Shown here one piece after another: positions 51,247 through 61,522 of a DNA stretch of 64,000 bases (positions within the stretch are counted from its first letter, which is position 1; each line of letters begins with the position of its first letter). Origin of the DNA: Candidatus Omnitrophota bacterium (lineage in GTDB: Bacteria; Omnitrophota; Gorgyraeia; JAFGHF01); assembly GCA_020341815.1 (NCBI GenBank), contig CP070837.1, positions 1,300,575-1,364,574 of the forward strand. Reading direction: 5' to 3'. The position numbers and the translations under genes are program-made. The notes under the pieces were generated by a model. The model was not told the DNA's origin, ran no database searches, and saw only the letters and a list, made by a program, of their open reading frames with translations.

Positions 51247-52656
51247 ATGAGCGGGATTTTTGGAGTGGTCTCTGCTGAGGATTGCACCCAGACCCTTTTT
51301 TGCGGCACGGATTACCACTCGCATTTAGGGACCGAATATGCGGGGCTGGCTGTTCTGGGTGAGGACTTTTCCCGTCAGATACACAGCATAGGGCAAAGCC
51401 AGTTTAAATCGAAGTTTTATGAAGATTATAAAAAGATGCGGGGCAATAAAGGTATCGGCGTAATCAGCGCCTTTGATGAGCAGCCGATATATCTGCATTC
51501 GCGCTTTGGGCCCTTTTGCATCGTCACAAACGGTTTAGTTGAAAATGCCCAGGAACTGGTTAATGAGCTGTTAAACAAGGGTATATCTTTCAGTGAGGTA
51601 AGCAGGGATACGGTGAATATGCCCGAGTTAGTTGCCAAGCTAATCAATCAGGGCCAGACTCTGGTCGAGGGCATAGAGAAGATGTTCGAGGCGATTGAGG
51701 GCTCCTGCTCGCTTCTGTTGCTGAATAACGAGGGCATTTATGCGGCCAGGGATAAACTGGGTTACACCCCTCTTGTAGTAGGCAGGCGCGGGAATGATTG
51801 GGCGGTAACTACCGAGACCAGCGCCTTTCCCAATATCGATTTTGAAGTCGTAAAATATCTTCAGCCGGGCGAGATAGTTTTATTAAAGGAGGAAGGCCTG
51901 GCTGATAAAAAACCGGGCTCTGGCCTGGCCCAGGTCTGCACCTTTCTCTGGATATATACAGGATTTCCCGCCTCCAGTTACGAAGGGATAAACGTGGAGG
52001 TGGTCCGTGAGCGCTCGGGGCGCGCCTTAGCCAGGAAGGATAAGGATATAAATATAGATTTGGTCTCGGGCGTGCCTGATTCGGGTACGGGCCATGCCTT
52101 AGGTTATTCTGCTGAGTCAGGTAAGCCCTATCGGCGACCCCTGGTTAAATATACGCCCGGATACGGCCGCAGTTACACTCCGCCCTCGCAGGAGGCGCGC
52201 GATTTAATCGCCCGGATGAAGCTGATTCCGGTCAGGGAAATAATCGAGGGCAACAGGATTGTGGTTTGTGAGGATTCTATCGTCCGCGGCACGCAATTAA
52301 AGAACTTCACCGTTAAAAAATTATGGGAGGCCGCAGCGCGCGAAGTGCACGTGCGCCCGGCGTGTCCGCCTTTGATGTTTCCCTGCAGGTTTAATCTTTC
52401 CACCCGCAGTATCCGCGAGCTGGCTGCCCGCAGGGCTATCCATAGCCTGGAGGGGCATGAATTGGAAGATGTCTCAAAGTATCTCAATCATCACACCCAG
52501 GAATATAAGAGAATGGTGGAATGGATTGCCCGGGACTTAGAGGTGACTACGCTTAGATATCAAACCGTGGATGATATGGTTAAAGCCATAGGCCTGCCTA
52601 AAGAGAGGCTCTGCCTCTATTGCTGGAATGGGCAGTGCCCCCTGAAAGGGATATGA
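51247..52656 (+). CDS. purF: Amidophosphoribosyltransferase-like protein (N-terminal Cys replaced by Ser)
   Basis: ARDKLG..PL, GVPDSG, EDSIVRGT PRPP loop, ACPP..FPC, LCLYCWNG. Confidence 0.85.
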   Translation: MSGIFGVVSAEDCTQTLFCGTDYHSHLGTEYAGLAVLGEDFSRQIHSIGQSQFKSKFYEDYKKMRGNKGIGVISAFDEQPIYLHSRFGPFCIVTNGLVENAQELVNELLNKGISFSEVSRDTVNMPELVAKLINQGQTLVEGIEKMFEAIEGSCSLLLLNNEGIYAARDKLGYTPLVVGRRGNDWAVTTETSAFPNIDFEVVKYLQPGEIVLLKEEGLADKKPGSGLAQVCTFLWIYTGFPASSYEGINVEVVRERSGRALARKDKDINIDLVSGVPDSGTGHALGYSAESGKPYRRPLVKYTPGYGRSYTPPSQEARDLIARMKLIPVREIIEGNRIVVCEDSIVRGTQLKNFTVKKLWEAAAREVHVRPACPPLMFPCRFNLSTRSIRELAARRAIHSLEGHELEDVSKYLNHHTQEYKRMVEWIARDLEVTTLRYQTVDDMVKAIGLPKERLCLYCWNGQCPLKGI

Positions 52657-53366
52657 TGCTTCTATACGGAAAGAACTCTGTTCTTGAGCGGCTGAAGGTC
52701 AATCCCGCCAGCATAAAAAAGATATGCCTGCAGGATAATTTTTCTTCAGGCTCCATAGAGAAATTAATAAAGGAAAATAAGATTCCTCAGGAACGCCTCT
52801 CTGCCCGGAAATTAGCCAGAATAAAACCCGCCAAAGATTTGCAAGGCATAGTCGCTAGGATAGATAACTTTACATATATCCCCTTTGATGATTTGTTAAA
52901 AGAGGCGCGTCTTTCGCTTATATTTTTGGATAGAGTAAACGACCCCCATAACTTAGGGGTTATTATCCGCACCGCCGCCTGCTTCGGCGGCAATGCCGTG
53001 ATTATCCCTAAATATAAGGCCTGCGAGGTAAATGAGACGGTTCTGCATGTGGCCTCGGGAGGAGAGAATTATATTCCGGTGTCGCTCGTCTCCAATCTTT
53101 CCAATGCCTTAATCAAGGCCAAGAAGCGCGGATACTGGATTGCAGGCGCTGTTGTAAGTAATGAGGCCCAGGATATAAGTAAGGTTTCTCTGCCTTTTCC
53201 CCTGGCGCTTCTTTTGGGCTCAGAGGGTGAGGGTATTCGCAGGGGATTAGAAAAGCGCCTTGATATAAGCCTGAGTATTCCGATGAAGGGGGCGGGGCTT
53301 TCCTTTAACGTGGGTATGGCTTGTGCCATTTTCTGTTATGAGATATCCAGACAAAGACATACTTAA
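52653..53366 (+). CDS. rlmB: SpoU/TrmH-family rRNA methyltransferase (RlmB-like)
   Basis: LYGKNSV.E, LDRVNDPHNLG.IIRTA, LGSEGEGI, IPM.G..SFNV. Confidence 0.8.
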   Translation: MMLLYGKNSVLERLKVNPASIKKICLQDNFSSGSIEKLIKENKIPQERLSARKLARIKPAKDLQGIVARIDNFTYIPFDDLLKEARLSLIFLDRVNDPHNLGVIIRTAACFGGNAVIIPKYKACEVNETVLHVASGGENYIPVSLVSNLSNALIKAKKRGYWIAGAVVSNEAQDISKVSLPFPLALLLGSEGEGIRRGLEKRLDISLSIPMKGAGLSFNVGMACAIFCYEISRQRHT

Positions 53367-53922
53367 TTTTATTGCCGAGGCGGGCTTACTTAAGCGCCTG
53401 CGGCGTTCGGGTTGGTCGGTGATGGGAGTTAAAGACGCAGAGACCGTTGCCGAGCACAGCTTCAGGTGCGCGGTGATAGCCTATCTCCTTGCCCGCATGG
53501 AGGGCGTTTCGCCTTATAAGGTATTGCTGATGGCCCTGTTTAACGATATCCAGGAGGCGCGGATTACCGATTTACACAAGATGGCCCAGCGCTATATAGA
53601 GGCGCATGCAGCAGAGGACAAATCCTTTAACGAGCAAATCAGCTCTTTACCCAAGAATATAAAGAAAGAGTTGAAAGATATGTATAGGGAGTATAAAGCT
53701 CAACAGAGCAAAGAAAGCATTATCGCCAGGGATGCCGATATCCTGGAGTGCCTGATTCAGGCCAAGGAGTATTATGAATACGGCTATCCCGAGGCCACCA
53801 AGTTTATGAAAAAGGCCCCGCGCTTTCTCAAGACAAAAAGCGCCCGAAGCGTCTGGCGGCAGGGGAAAAATATGAGCCTTAACGAGTGGTGGTTTGAGTT
53901 AAGCGATTTTAAGCGCTTGTAG
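53338..53922 (+). CDS. HD-domain hydrolase (YfbR/HDDC2-like)
   Basis: LKRLRRSGW, ETVAEHSFR, DADILE; the HD motif reads ND (FNDIQEAR). Confidence 0.8.
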   Translation: MRYPDKDILNFIAEAGLLKRLRRSGWSVMGVKDAETVAEHSFRCAVIAYLLARMEGVSPYKVLLMALFNDIQEARITDLHKMAQRYIEAHAAEDKSFNEQISSLPKNIKKELKDMYREYKAQQSKESIIARDADILECLIQAKEYYEYGYPEATKFMKKAPRFLKTKSARSVWRQGKNMSLNEWWFELSDFKRL

Positions 53923-53955
53923 AGAATCATTGCGCTAAAAATTTTCAATAAATAG

Positions 53956-53986
53956 TCTTGCATAAATATGCAAGAGGGTATACAAT
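53956..53986 (+). promoter_or_regulatory. Sigma70 promoter with a perfect palindromic operator over the -35
   Basis: TTGCAT-17-TACAAT; TCTTGCATA-AA-TATGCAAGA at 53956-53975. Confidence 0.7.
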
Positions 53987-54069
53987 ATGCCCCTGTGGAG
54001 AAGGGCAGGCCTTTTGCCTGTCGCGGGTAGAACCGTGTTAAAACAAATAAAGATCTCAATGTCAGAATG

Positions 54070-54116
54070 GATCTTTCACCCATTATTGCCAATGGTGAAA
54101 GATCCTTTTGTTTTTA
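54070..54116 (+). terminator. Leader terminator (attenuator) upstream of the KamA-family gene
   Basis: GGATCTTTCACC/GGTGAAAGATCC 12-bp stem followed by TTTTGTTTTT. Confidence 0.75.
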
Positions 54117-54151
54117 TGAGGTAAACCTTTCATAAGGAGGGGAAAAGTGCC

Positions 54152-55276
54152 ATGGGCACAGAAGTAAAAGAATTGTTGTTAGAGAGGGATGAACCTCCAG
54201 GTAGTTTGAACTGGAACAGCTGGAGGTGGCAATTACGAAATGCCGTAAGAAATGCAGAGACATTAGAAAAAATAATTCCCTTGAACTCTGAACAAAAGCA
54301 GAGCTTAAGCAAGGTTATTGCCAAATATCCCCTGGCAATAACGCCTTATTATTTATCGCTCATTGATAGAAATAACCCGCAGGATGCCGTGAGGATGCAA
54401 TGCGTGCCTTCAGCTGAGGAAATGAAGCTGTATTTTGAAATGCACGACGACCCTCTCGGCGAGGAAGATGATTCCGTGCTCCCCGGGCTTATTCATCGCT
54501 ATCCCGACAGGGTGCTTTTGGTCCTGACTAATATGTGCCCTGTTTATTGCAGGCACTGCACCCGAAAAAGGCAGTGGTGTAAGGGTAATTGGATCAGCCG
54601 CCCCAAGGAGCTGGAGAATACATATCGCTATATCGAGATGCACACGGAGATTCGGGATGTTATTCTCTCAGGGGGCGACCCGCTTATCCTATCTACGGCG
54701 ATGCTGGAAGGGGTATTAAGCAGGCTCAGGCAAATCAGGCATGTTGAGATTGTCAGGATCGGCACGCGTTGTCCGGTTGTCCTTCCCCAGAGGATAGACG
54801 CAGAGTTGGTTGCCATGCTTAAGAAATACCGACCCCTGTGGGTAAATACGCATTTTAATCACCCCAATGAAATAACGAAGGAATCCGCCAGGGCGGCTGA
54901 TATGATGCTTTGCGCGGGGCTTGCGCTTAATAATCAGAGTGTGCTTCTAAAGGGGATAAATGACAGCGTAGAGATTATGACCAGGCTTTGCCAGAGGCTG
55001 CTTGGGATTGGAGTAAGGCCTTATTATCTTTTCCAGTGCGACCCCGTAAGCGGCACGGCCCATTTCAGGACTTCGGTGGAAAAGGGCATAGAGATTATAA
55101 GGGCCATGCGGGGATTTACCTCAGGCCTGTGCGTGCCTACTTTTGTAGTGGACGGACTCAAAGGTCAGGGAAAGGTGCCTCTTGCGCCCAATTACTTAGT
55201 CTCCAAAGAAGATAACTATATGCTGCTTGAGGGATATGAGGGGAAGCGGTTTAAGTATTACAATCCGGAGGATTAG
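54152..55276 (+). CDS. KamA-family radical SAM aminomutase
   Basis: HRYPDRVL, CPVYCRHCTR, SGGDPL, THFNHP.E, NQSVLLKGIND, PLP-lysine segment GKVPL. Confidence 0.9.
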   Translation: MGTEVKELLLERDEPPGSLNWNSWRWQLRNAVRNAETLEKIIPLNSEQKQSLSKVIAKYPLAITPYYLSLIDRNNPQDAVRMQCVPSAEEMKLYFEMHDDPLGEEDDSVLPGLIHRYPDRVLLVLTNMCPVYCRHCTRKRQWCKGNWISRPKELENTYRYIEMHTEIRDVILSGGDPLILSTAMLEGVLSRLRQIRHVEIVRIGTRCPVVLPQRIDAELVAMLKKYRPLWVNTHFNHPNEITKESARAADMMLCAGLALNNQSVLLKGINDSVEIMTRLCQRLLGIGVRPYYLFQCDPVSGTAHFRTSVEKGIEIIRAMRGFTSGLCVPTFVVDGLKGQGKVPLAPNYLVSKEDNYMLLEGYEGKRFKYYNPED

Positions 55277-56317
55277 GTGAAGATAGGCATAACTTACAAC
55301 CTGAAAGACGACTTATCCCCCGATGCCATCGTTAACGATGAGTTTGCCGAGGAGTTCGATAGCGCCGCAACTATTGACGCCATATGCGGAGTTTTGCAGC
55401 AGGAAGGCTATGACAGCGTAAAGTTGGGCGGGACACTTGATATCGTCGGCAGAATAAATAAAGAAAATATAGATTTCGTATTTAATATCGCAGAAGGCGC
55501 ATGCGGCAGAAACCGCGAATCGCACGTCCCTTCACTTTTAGAGATGTGTGATATGCCTTATTCCGGCTCCGACCCTCTGACGCTGGGGCTTACGCTGGAT
55601 AAGATTATGACCAAGAAGATTGCCTATTATGCGGGCATTCCCACGCCCAATTATAAGGTAATATGGCAATCGGAAGACCTGAAAACAATAGAAAATGTCT
55701 TGAGGTATCCCCTGATAACAAAACCGGCCTGGGAGGGCTCCAGCAAAGGGATATATAATTCATCCAAAGTATCCGATGGGGATAATTTGAAGAAGAACGT
55801 AAAGCTGCTTCGAGAGAAGTATCCGCATCAGCCGATACTGGTTGAGGAATACATCGAGGGCAAGGAAATCACCGTCGGCGTAATAGGCAATAACCCTGCG
55901 CAAATCTTAGGGGTTATGGAGATTGTAAATAAACATTTGCCGGGTGAGGATTTGCTTTATTCGCTTGAGGTGAAGAAAGACTGGAGGAACTTAGTTGATT
56001 ATCTGGTGCCGGCGAATGTAGGTAAATTAGAGGACAGACATATAAGGCATTATGCGCTTTCGGCCTTCCGGGAGTTTGGCTGCCGGGATATCGCAAGAGT
56101 AGATTTTAAGCTTTCCCGAAGCCAAAACAAGATATTTCTGCTGGAGATAAATCCGCTTCCGGGTTTATCGCCCGAATATGCCGACCTTGTGATAATGAGC
56201 CGAAAGGCGGGAATAGAATACAGGGACCTGGTTCTGTCTATTCTGTATCAGGGGTTTTCACGTTATGAATCTTTGGGGAAAATGGTAAAAATTTCAAGGG
56301 TGGGTCTTAAACTATGA
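55277..56317 (+). CDS. D-Ala-D-Ala ligase-like ATP-grasp enzyme
   Basis: FNIAEG, YSGSDP, KPAWEGSSKG, EEYIEGKE, RVDF, LEINPLPGL. Confidence 0.85.
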   Translation: MKIGITYNLKDDLSPDAIVNDEFAEEFDSAATIDAICGVLQQEGYDSVKLGGTLDIVGRINKENIDFVFNIAEGACGRNRESHVPSLLEMCDMPYSGSDPLTLGLTLDKIMTKKIAYYAGIPTPNYKVIWQSEDLKTIENVLRYPLITKPAWEGSSKGIYNSSKVSDGDNLKKNVKLLREKYPHQPILVEEYIEGKEITVGVIGNNPAQILGVMEIVNKHLPGEDLLYSLEVKKDWRNLVDYLVPANVGKLEDRHIRHYALSAFREFGCRDIARVDFKLSRSQNKIFLLEINPLPGLSPEYADLVIMSRKAGIEYRDLVLSILYQGFSRYESLGKMVKISRVGLKL

Positions 56318-57303
56318 AGCAATATGATTTTGCCTTAGCCTGGAACAGCGGAAGCAAGGAAAAGTTTGTTACGTGGACACGGAAGGAATGCACCGTCAGG
56401 GGGATGAAATTCCATCTGATAACCGAAAAGAACGTGGAAGGGACAATTGAGGACCTCGAGAAGAATAAATTGAAGATAAAGTTTCTTCTGGATAATGAGT
56501 CCGATTACGAGGATAAGAGAAATTTATTTGCCCGGCTCTGTTATGCGGTCAAGGATAACGGGGGTACTGTGGTCTGCGACCCGGACGATGCCCGCCAGGC
56601 GGCAAATAAGGCGATTACGCACTATGATTTGGTGAAGGCGAAGCTTCCCGTTCCCTATACGGTTGTTGTGCGTAACTGGGAGCCGGATGATTTTAAATTG
56701 ACCAAGGATGAGCTGAAGTCATTAGGCGCGCCCTTTATAATAAAACCGGCCTCAGGGTTTGGTCAGCAGGGCGTGCTTAAAAATGCCAACGGCTCTATTA
56801 CAGAGATAGCCCAGGCAAGGCATTTCAGCAGGGGCGATGATTTTCTCCTGCAGGAAAAGGTTAATCCGCTTATCCTGGGGGATAGGCAGGCCTGGTTCAG
56901 GACGTATTTTCTGTTTGGCGAGATTATCCCCTGCTGGTGGGATACCGAAAGCGGCCGCTACGCCCACGTTACCCTGCGCCAGATGTATAATTATAAGCTG
57001 CTTCCGCTTGCCCGGATTATTTCCGAGATAGCACGGATAACCAATATGGATTTCTTCTCATCGGAGATTGCCATTACCGGCAAAGAAAAAAAGAAGCATT
57101 TCATGGCCATAGACTATGTAAACGACCAGCCCGAGCTCTGCGTGCGTTCTCAAAAGGGCGGGGAAGGGCCGGTATCCGAGATAGTGCAGCATATTTCCGA
57201 AAAAATAGTAGAGACGGCCTGGCGCATCTCCAGAGGCGTATATACCGGAATGCACCGTTCGATATGGCTTGCAAAGGCAACGCATGAGGATGAGAGCATC
57301 TAG
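56314..57303 (+). CDS. Divergent ATP-grasp fold protein
   Basis: NKAITH..L...LPVPYT, PFIIKPASGFGQQGV, LLQEKV, IDYVNDQ. Confidence 0.65.
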   Translation: MKQYDFALAWNSGSKEKFVTWTRKECTVRGMKFHLITEKNVEGTIEDLEKNKLKIKFLLDNESDYEDKRNLFARLCYAVKDNGGTVVCDPDDARQAANKAITHYDLVKAKLPVPYTVVVRNWEPDDFKLTKDELKSLGAPFIIKPASGFGQQGVLKNANGSITEIAQARHFSRGDDFLLQEKVNPLILGDRQAWFRTYFLFGEIIPCWWDTESGRYAHVTLRQMYNYKLLPLARIISEIARITNMDFFSSEIAITGKEKKKHFMAIDYVNDQPELCVRSQKGGEGPVSEIVQHISEKIVETAWRISRGVYTGMHRSIWLAKATHEDESI

Positions 57304-57320
57304 GCCCATGAGCAGGAGAG

Positions 57321-57740
57321 ATGAGGTTTCCCAGAAGCACCCGCAAATTCGACGAAATCTTCAAAAAGGCGCATTGCCCCGCTCCCTCAGAGCTTAAGGG
57401 CGAATACTTCGTCGATATGCTCAGTGCCCTTCCCACCTTAAGAGGCTTTTTCCACCGCAAGGTTTTTATCCCCGAAGGAGACGGAGTTTCAGGTTACAAT
57501 CTGCTTTTTGCCGACAAAAAGTGGGGCGCTTTTTTTCTGGAGAAAGGGATTTGTAATGAGCTGGGCTCGATAGAGGCAATGGTAATAAATTACGATAGAG
57601 AAGAAAATTCCTTTCTCACCAATAAAATCAGGGATTATATAAGATGTATCGAGCCGGGAAGGTTATACATCGGCCGCTTCAATTACCTTTTTATGGGAAA
57701 ATTGCGCTTTCTGGGATATTTTAGTTTGAGCAAGGCATAG
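57321..57740 (+). CDS. Hypothetical protein
   Basis: Clean ORF with SD AGGAG, packed in the operon. Confidence 0.6.
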   Translation: MRFPRSTRKFDEIFKKAHCPAPSELKGEYFVDMLSALPTLRGFFHRKVFIPEGDGVSGYNLLFADKKWGAFFLEKGICNELGSIEAMVINYDREENSFLTNKIRDYIRCIEPGRLYIGRFNYLFMGKLRFLGYFSLSKA

Positions 57741-57754
57741 AAAAGGGGGCCTCT

Positions 57755-58798
57755 ATGTATAAGATAATTTTACTGGGATTGCTTATGGCATTTATAGCCC
57801 AACGAAGTTCTTTTGCCGATGAGAAAAAGGCCACTTTTGCCGGAGGGTGCTTCTGGTGCATGGAGCCGCCTTTTGAAGCCTTAAAAGGCGTAAGCGAAGT
57901 TACCTCAGGCTATATGGGCGGCACCAGGAAAAATCCCACATATGAAGAGGTTTCATCAGGCAAGACAGGGCACAGAGAGGTGGTTCAGGTTACTTATGAT
58001 GCCTCTAAAATAAGCTATACAGAGCTTCTGGATGTTTTTTGGAAGCAGATAGACCCGACTGATGCAAGCGGGCAATTCGCCGATCGCGGCTCACAATACA
58101 AAACCGCCATATTTTACCACGACCAGCAGCAGAGGCGCCTGGCGGAGGAGTCCAAAAGCAAACTCGAAGAGTCGGGAAAGTTTGAAAAACCAATCGTCAC
58201 CGAAATCCTAAAGGCCTCTACATTTTATCCGGCCGAAGAGTATCACCAGGACTATTATAAGAAATGCCCCTTCAAATACGATAGTTATAAAAAGGGCTCC
58301 GGCAGGGATGAGTTCATTAAGGAAAAATGGAGCGGTAAAGCCCCCGGTAATCCTAATGAGTATCGCAAGCCATCCGAGGCAGAGATCAAGGAAAAGCTTA
58401 CGCCTTTGGAATATCAGGTTACCCAGCAATGCGGCACAGAGCCGCCGTTTAACAATAAATACTGGGACAATAAAAAAGAAGGTATTTATGTAGATATTGT
58501 TTCCGGTGAGCCGCTGTTCAGCTCTCTGGATAAATTCGATTCCGGAACCGGCTGGCCCAGCTTTACCAGGCCGCTTGAGGCGGACAATGTCGTGAGGAAA
58601 GAAGACAGAAGGTTCTTCGGTATGCGCACCGAGGTAAGAAGCAAAGACGCCGATTCCCACCTGGGCCATGTATTTGATGACGGGCCCGAACCTACGGGCC
58701 TGCGTTACTGCATAAACTCCGCGGCCTTACGTTTTATACCGAAAGAGGATCTGGAAAAGGAAGGCTACGGGGAATATAAAAAGCTTTTTGAGAAATAG
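57755..58798 (+). CDS. msrAB: Exported methionine sulfoxide reductase MsrA/MsrB fusion
   Basis: Signal peptide, [40 protein letters not shown]. Confidence 0.95.
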   Translation: MYKIILLGLLMAFIAQRSSFADEKKATFAGGCFWCMEPPFEALKGVSEVTSGYMGGTRKNPTYEEVSSGKTGHREVVQVTYDASKISYTELLDVFWKQIDPTDASGQFADRGSQYKTAIFYHDQQQRRLAEESKSKLEESGKFEKPIVTEILKASTFYPAEEYHQDYYKKCPFKYDSYKKGSGRDEFIKEKWSGKAPGNPNEYRKPSEAEIKEKLTPLEYQVTQQCGTEPPFNNKYWDNKKEGIYVDIVSGEPLFSSLDKFDSGTGWPSFTRPLEADNVVRKEDRRFFGMRTEVRSKDADSHLGHVFDDGPEPTGLRYCINSAALRFIPKEDLEKEGYGEYKKLFEK

Positions 58799-58810
58799 CA
58801 GGAGGAAGTT

Positions 58811-60052
58811 ATGTCCGCAAAATTGAAGGTCAGGCAATTCGCTGCCGGCAGCTGCTATTCTTACATTTTGAATTGTCAATCCGAGGCGTTTATTATCGAT
58901 CCGCATATAAGCCTGCCGGAGGAATATATCGGCTATCTCGATAAGCACGGATTAACGCTTAAATATATAGTGGATACGCATACCCATGCGGACCATTTTT
59001 CTCTGGCGGCGATATTGAAGGAAAGATTCAAGGCGCCCGTATTGATGCACGAGAGGGCTATGTCCGAGGTGGCCGATAGACGCCTTAAAGAAGGCGATGA
59101 AATCTCTATCGGCCCAAAGCATTTTAAGATTTTGTATGCGCCCGGGCACACGGATGACACCATAAATATTTACGGAGAAGGCATGATTTTTACCGCCGAT
59201 GTGCTTTTGATAGGCAGCGTGGGGCGCACCGACTTCCAGAACGGCTCGCCGGAATCGATGTTCGATACCCTGGAGAAATTAAGGGCCCTTCCCGATGAGA
59301 CGATAGTATTTCCCGTGCACGACTATAACGGCAGGAAATCCTCTACTATCGGCAGGGAAAAGGCGCGCAACCCCTTTATGCGCGAAAGAAATAAAGAGGC
59401 CTTTGTGCGTAATGCCCGCTCAAAAAAGCTACCCAAACCCTTCAATATCGATAACATCATCAGGGTAAATCAGAAAGGGCAGGCCAGGACTCTGGAGATG
59501 GTTTCTCCCAAAGAAGCTCAAGAGGTTATTTTGCGGGATGAGCAGGTTAAGCTGCTGGATGTGCGTTCTCCTCTGGAGTTTCATGAGGTCCACATCAAGG
59601 ATTCGCTTAATGTGCCCATAGATACCATAGGCCTTAAACTGAAAGACCTGAGTGAGTCCGGAAAGAGTTATATAGTGCTCTGCCGCACCGGAAACCGCTC
59701 ACCCATGGCCGCAGATATGCTATTGCAATCCGGTCTTCATACGGTAAAAGTTATGCAAGGGGGCATGACGCGCTGGCAGAAGGAAAGGCTCCCCGTTATA
59801 AAGGGAGAAGGTGGCGTGTCTCTGGAGCGGCAGGTCAGATTTACTGCAGGCGCTGTAGTGCTTTTTGGCATAATAATGAGCTGGTTTGTAAACAGGGCCT
59901 TTATCTGGATTCCCATAGGCGTCTCCTGCGGGCTTATCTTTTCCGGATTGAGCGACAATTGCCTTCTGAGCGCGTTGTTGATGAGGCTCCCCTACAATAA
60001 AAAATTATATAAGACCAAAACAGGGGGCGGCACCTGCTCCATCAGTCAGTAA
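58811..60052 (+). CDS. Persulfide dioxygenase-like MBL / rhodanese / YgaP-like membrane fusion
   Basis: THTHADH, PGHT, GRTDFQNG, LDVRSPLEF, CRTGNRS, SLERQV plus two TM helices. Confidence 0.85.
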   Translation: MSAKLKVRQFAAGSCYSYILNCQSEAFIIDPHISLPEEYIGYLDKHGLTLKYIVDTHTHADHFSLAAILKERFKAPVLMHERAMSEVADRRLKEGDEISIGPKHFKILYAPGHTDDTINIYGEGMIFTADVLLIGSVGRTDFQNGSPESMFDTLEKLRALPDETIVFPVHDYNGRKSSTIGREKARNPFMRERNKEAFVRNARSKKLPKPFNIDNIIRVNQKGQARTLEMVSPKEAQEVILRDEQVKLLDVRSPLEFHEVHIKDSLNVPIDTIGLKLKDLSESGKSYIVLCRTGNRSPMAADMLLQSGLHTVKVMQGGMTRWQKERLPVIKGEGGVSLERQVRFTAGAVVLFGIIMSWFVNRAFIWIPIGVSCGLIFSGLSDNCLLSALLMRLPYNKKLYKTKTGGGTCSISQ

Positions 60053-60086
60053 AAAAGTTTTTATTTAACCGGGGAGGGCTGAAGGA

Positions 60087-60716
60087 ATGAAAAAACTATT
60101 GCATATTATAGCTACCTGCCGGGGCAAGGAATCAAGGACCTTAAAGGTAAGCGATGCCTTTATTAAGGCCTTTAAGCTGAAGCATCCGGAGTGTAATATC
60201 GATGAGCTTAACTTGTTTGATGCAAAGCTGCCCGAGCTCACCGTAAAAAAATTGGACGGAAAGTATGTGCTTTTGGGCGGGGGTGAGCTTGCGGGAGAAT
60301 TAAAAGAGGCCTGGAAGGATATAGAGGCCCATATAGAGCGCTTCCTTGCGGCCGATATTTACTTAATCAGCACCCCGATGTGGAATTTCAACATCCCCTA
60401 TATCCTGAAGCATTATATTGATATAATAGTCCAGCCCAAATATCTTTTCCGATACACCCAAAAGGGCCCCGAGGGCCTGGCGAAGAATAAAAAGATGATT
60501 GTTATTACCAGCCGCGGCGGTGATTACAGCGAAAATAGCCCATTTCACGCCTATGACCTCCAGGAGCCTTATCTGCGCACCATATTCGGCTTTACGGGGA
60601 TTACCGATATCACCTTTGTTATTGCCCAGCCCATGGATGCACTTGGCCCTGAGGTAGCCGCTCAAAAGATTAAAGAGGCCGAAGGGCGCGCCGTAAAAGT
60701 AGCTCAAGAGATATGA
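60087..60716 (+). CDS. azoR: FMN-dependent NADH-azoreductase
   Basis: TPMWNFNIP..LK.YID, TSRGGDY, YLRTIFGFTGI. Confidence 0.88.
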   Translation: MKKLLHIIATCRGKESRTLKVSDAFIKAFKLKHPECNIDELNLFDAKLPELTVKKLDGKYVLLGGGELAGELKEAWKDIEAHIERFLAADIYLISTPMWNFNIPYILKHYIDIIVQPKYLFRYTQKGPEGLAKNKKMIVITSRGGDYSENSPFHAYDLQEPYLRTIFGFTGITDITFVIAQPMDALGPEVAAQKIKEAEGRAVKVAQEI

Positions 60717-60728
60717 AGGAGGCGAGTT

Positions 60729-61001
60729 ATGAGCTCTAAAAAAAGCTTCACTGCCGAGGAAGCCAAAAAGATCGGAGAAAAGCTGGGGATAAAGTGGGAT
60801 AAGTTTGATGTGGAGCAATTCAGGCGGGGGATGGATGTGGAATTGGAGCACGGTTTGCATGATGTCTTAACAAATGTTACGGGAGATGACGCCTTAATCA
60901 CAGGTAAGATTGCCCTGGCCCATCTTAATGAGTTTCCCGATTATTATACCCGGCTTGATAAGATGGAAAAGGAAGCCGAGGAGTTCTGGGAAGGAAAATA
61001 A
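60729..61001 (+). CDS. Small conserved protein (VELEH...IALAHL.E.PDYY type)
   Basis: GMDVELEHG, KIALAHLNEFPDYYTRL. Confidence 0.75.
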   Translation: MSSKKSFTAEEAKKIGEKLGIKWDKFDVEQFRRGMDVELEHGLHDVLTNVTGDDALITGKIALAHLNEFPDYYTRLDKMEKEAEEFWEGK

Positions 61002-61018
61002 AGAAAAGGAGCTAAGCC

Positions 61019-61504
61019 ATGACCAGAAAGAAAAAGGGTCAGTTTCCGGCAAAATGGGATCCCTTTATGAATGAGATGGCCTCGTTTAAGAAATCCATTG
61101 ACCAGGCCTTTGACAGTTTCTTCAAGCATCCCTTATTGGCTAAGATGCCTTCGGTATTCAAGGGCGCCTTTGGCGTCTGGAGGCCTGCGATCGATGTCTA
61201 TGAGACCGAAAGAGAAGTGGTGGTAAAGGCAAGCGTGCCCGGTTGCGACAAAAAGGCCATAAAGGTCGATGTAAAGAACAATCTGCTTACCATCACAGGC
61301 CAGAGAAAAGAAGAAAAAGAGATTAAAAAGAAAAACTTCTACCATAAAGAGCAGACTATGGGCGCTTTCCAGAGAAGCATAACCCTGCCCCAGAACATCA
61401 ATCCCGAGAAAGCCAAGGCCACATGCGAAAACGGAGTGCTCAAGATTGTCTTTCCCCGGACCAAGTCCCCCGGGGGAAAGGGAAAAAACATAGAAATCGA
61501 GTAA
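61019..61504 (+). CDS. Small heat-shock protein Hsp20
   Basis: PAIDVYET, LTITGQRK, GAFQRSITLP, ENGVLKI. Confidence 0.92.
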   Translation: MTRKKKGQFPAKWDPFMNEMASFKKSIDQAFDSFFKHPLLAKMPSVFKGAFGVWRPAIDVYETEREVVVKASVPGCDKKAIKVDVKNNLLTITGQRKEEKEIKKKNFYHKEQTMGAFQRSITLPQNINPEKAKATCENGVLKIVFPRTKSPGGKGKNIEIE

Positions 61505-61522
61505 AATTCCAAAGGAGCGCAT

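Noticed and set aside
53283-53300. ATGAAGGGGGCGGGG in the rlmB-like gene
   Set aside because: Spacing differs from the TIR, no left end, and it lies in the conserved IPM.G motif.
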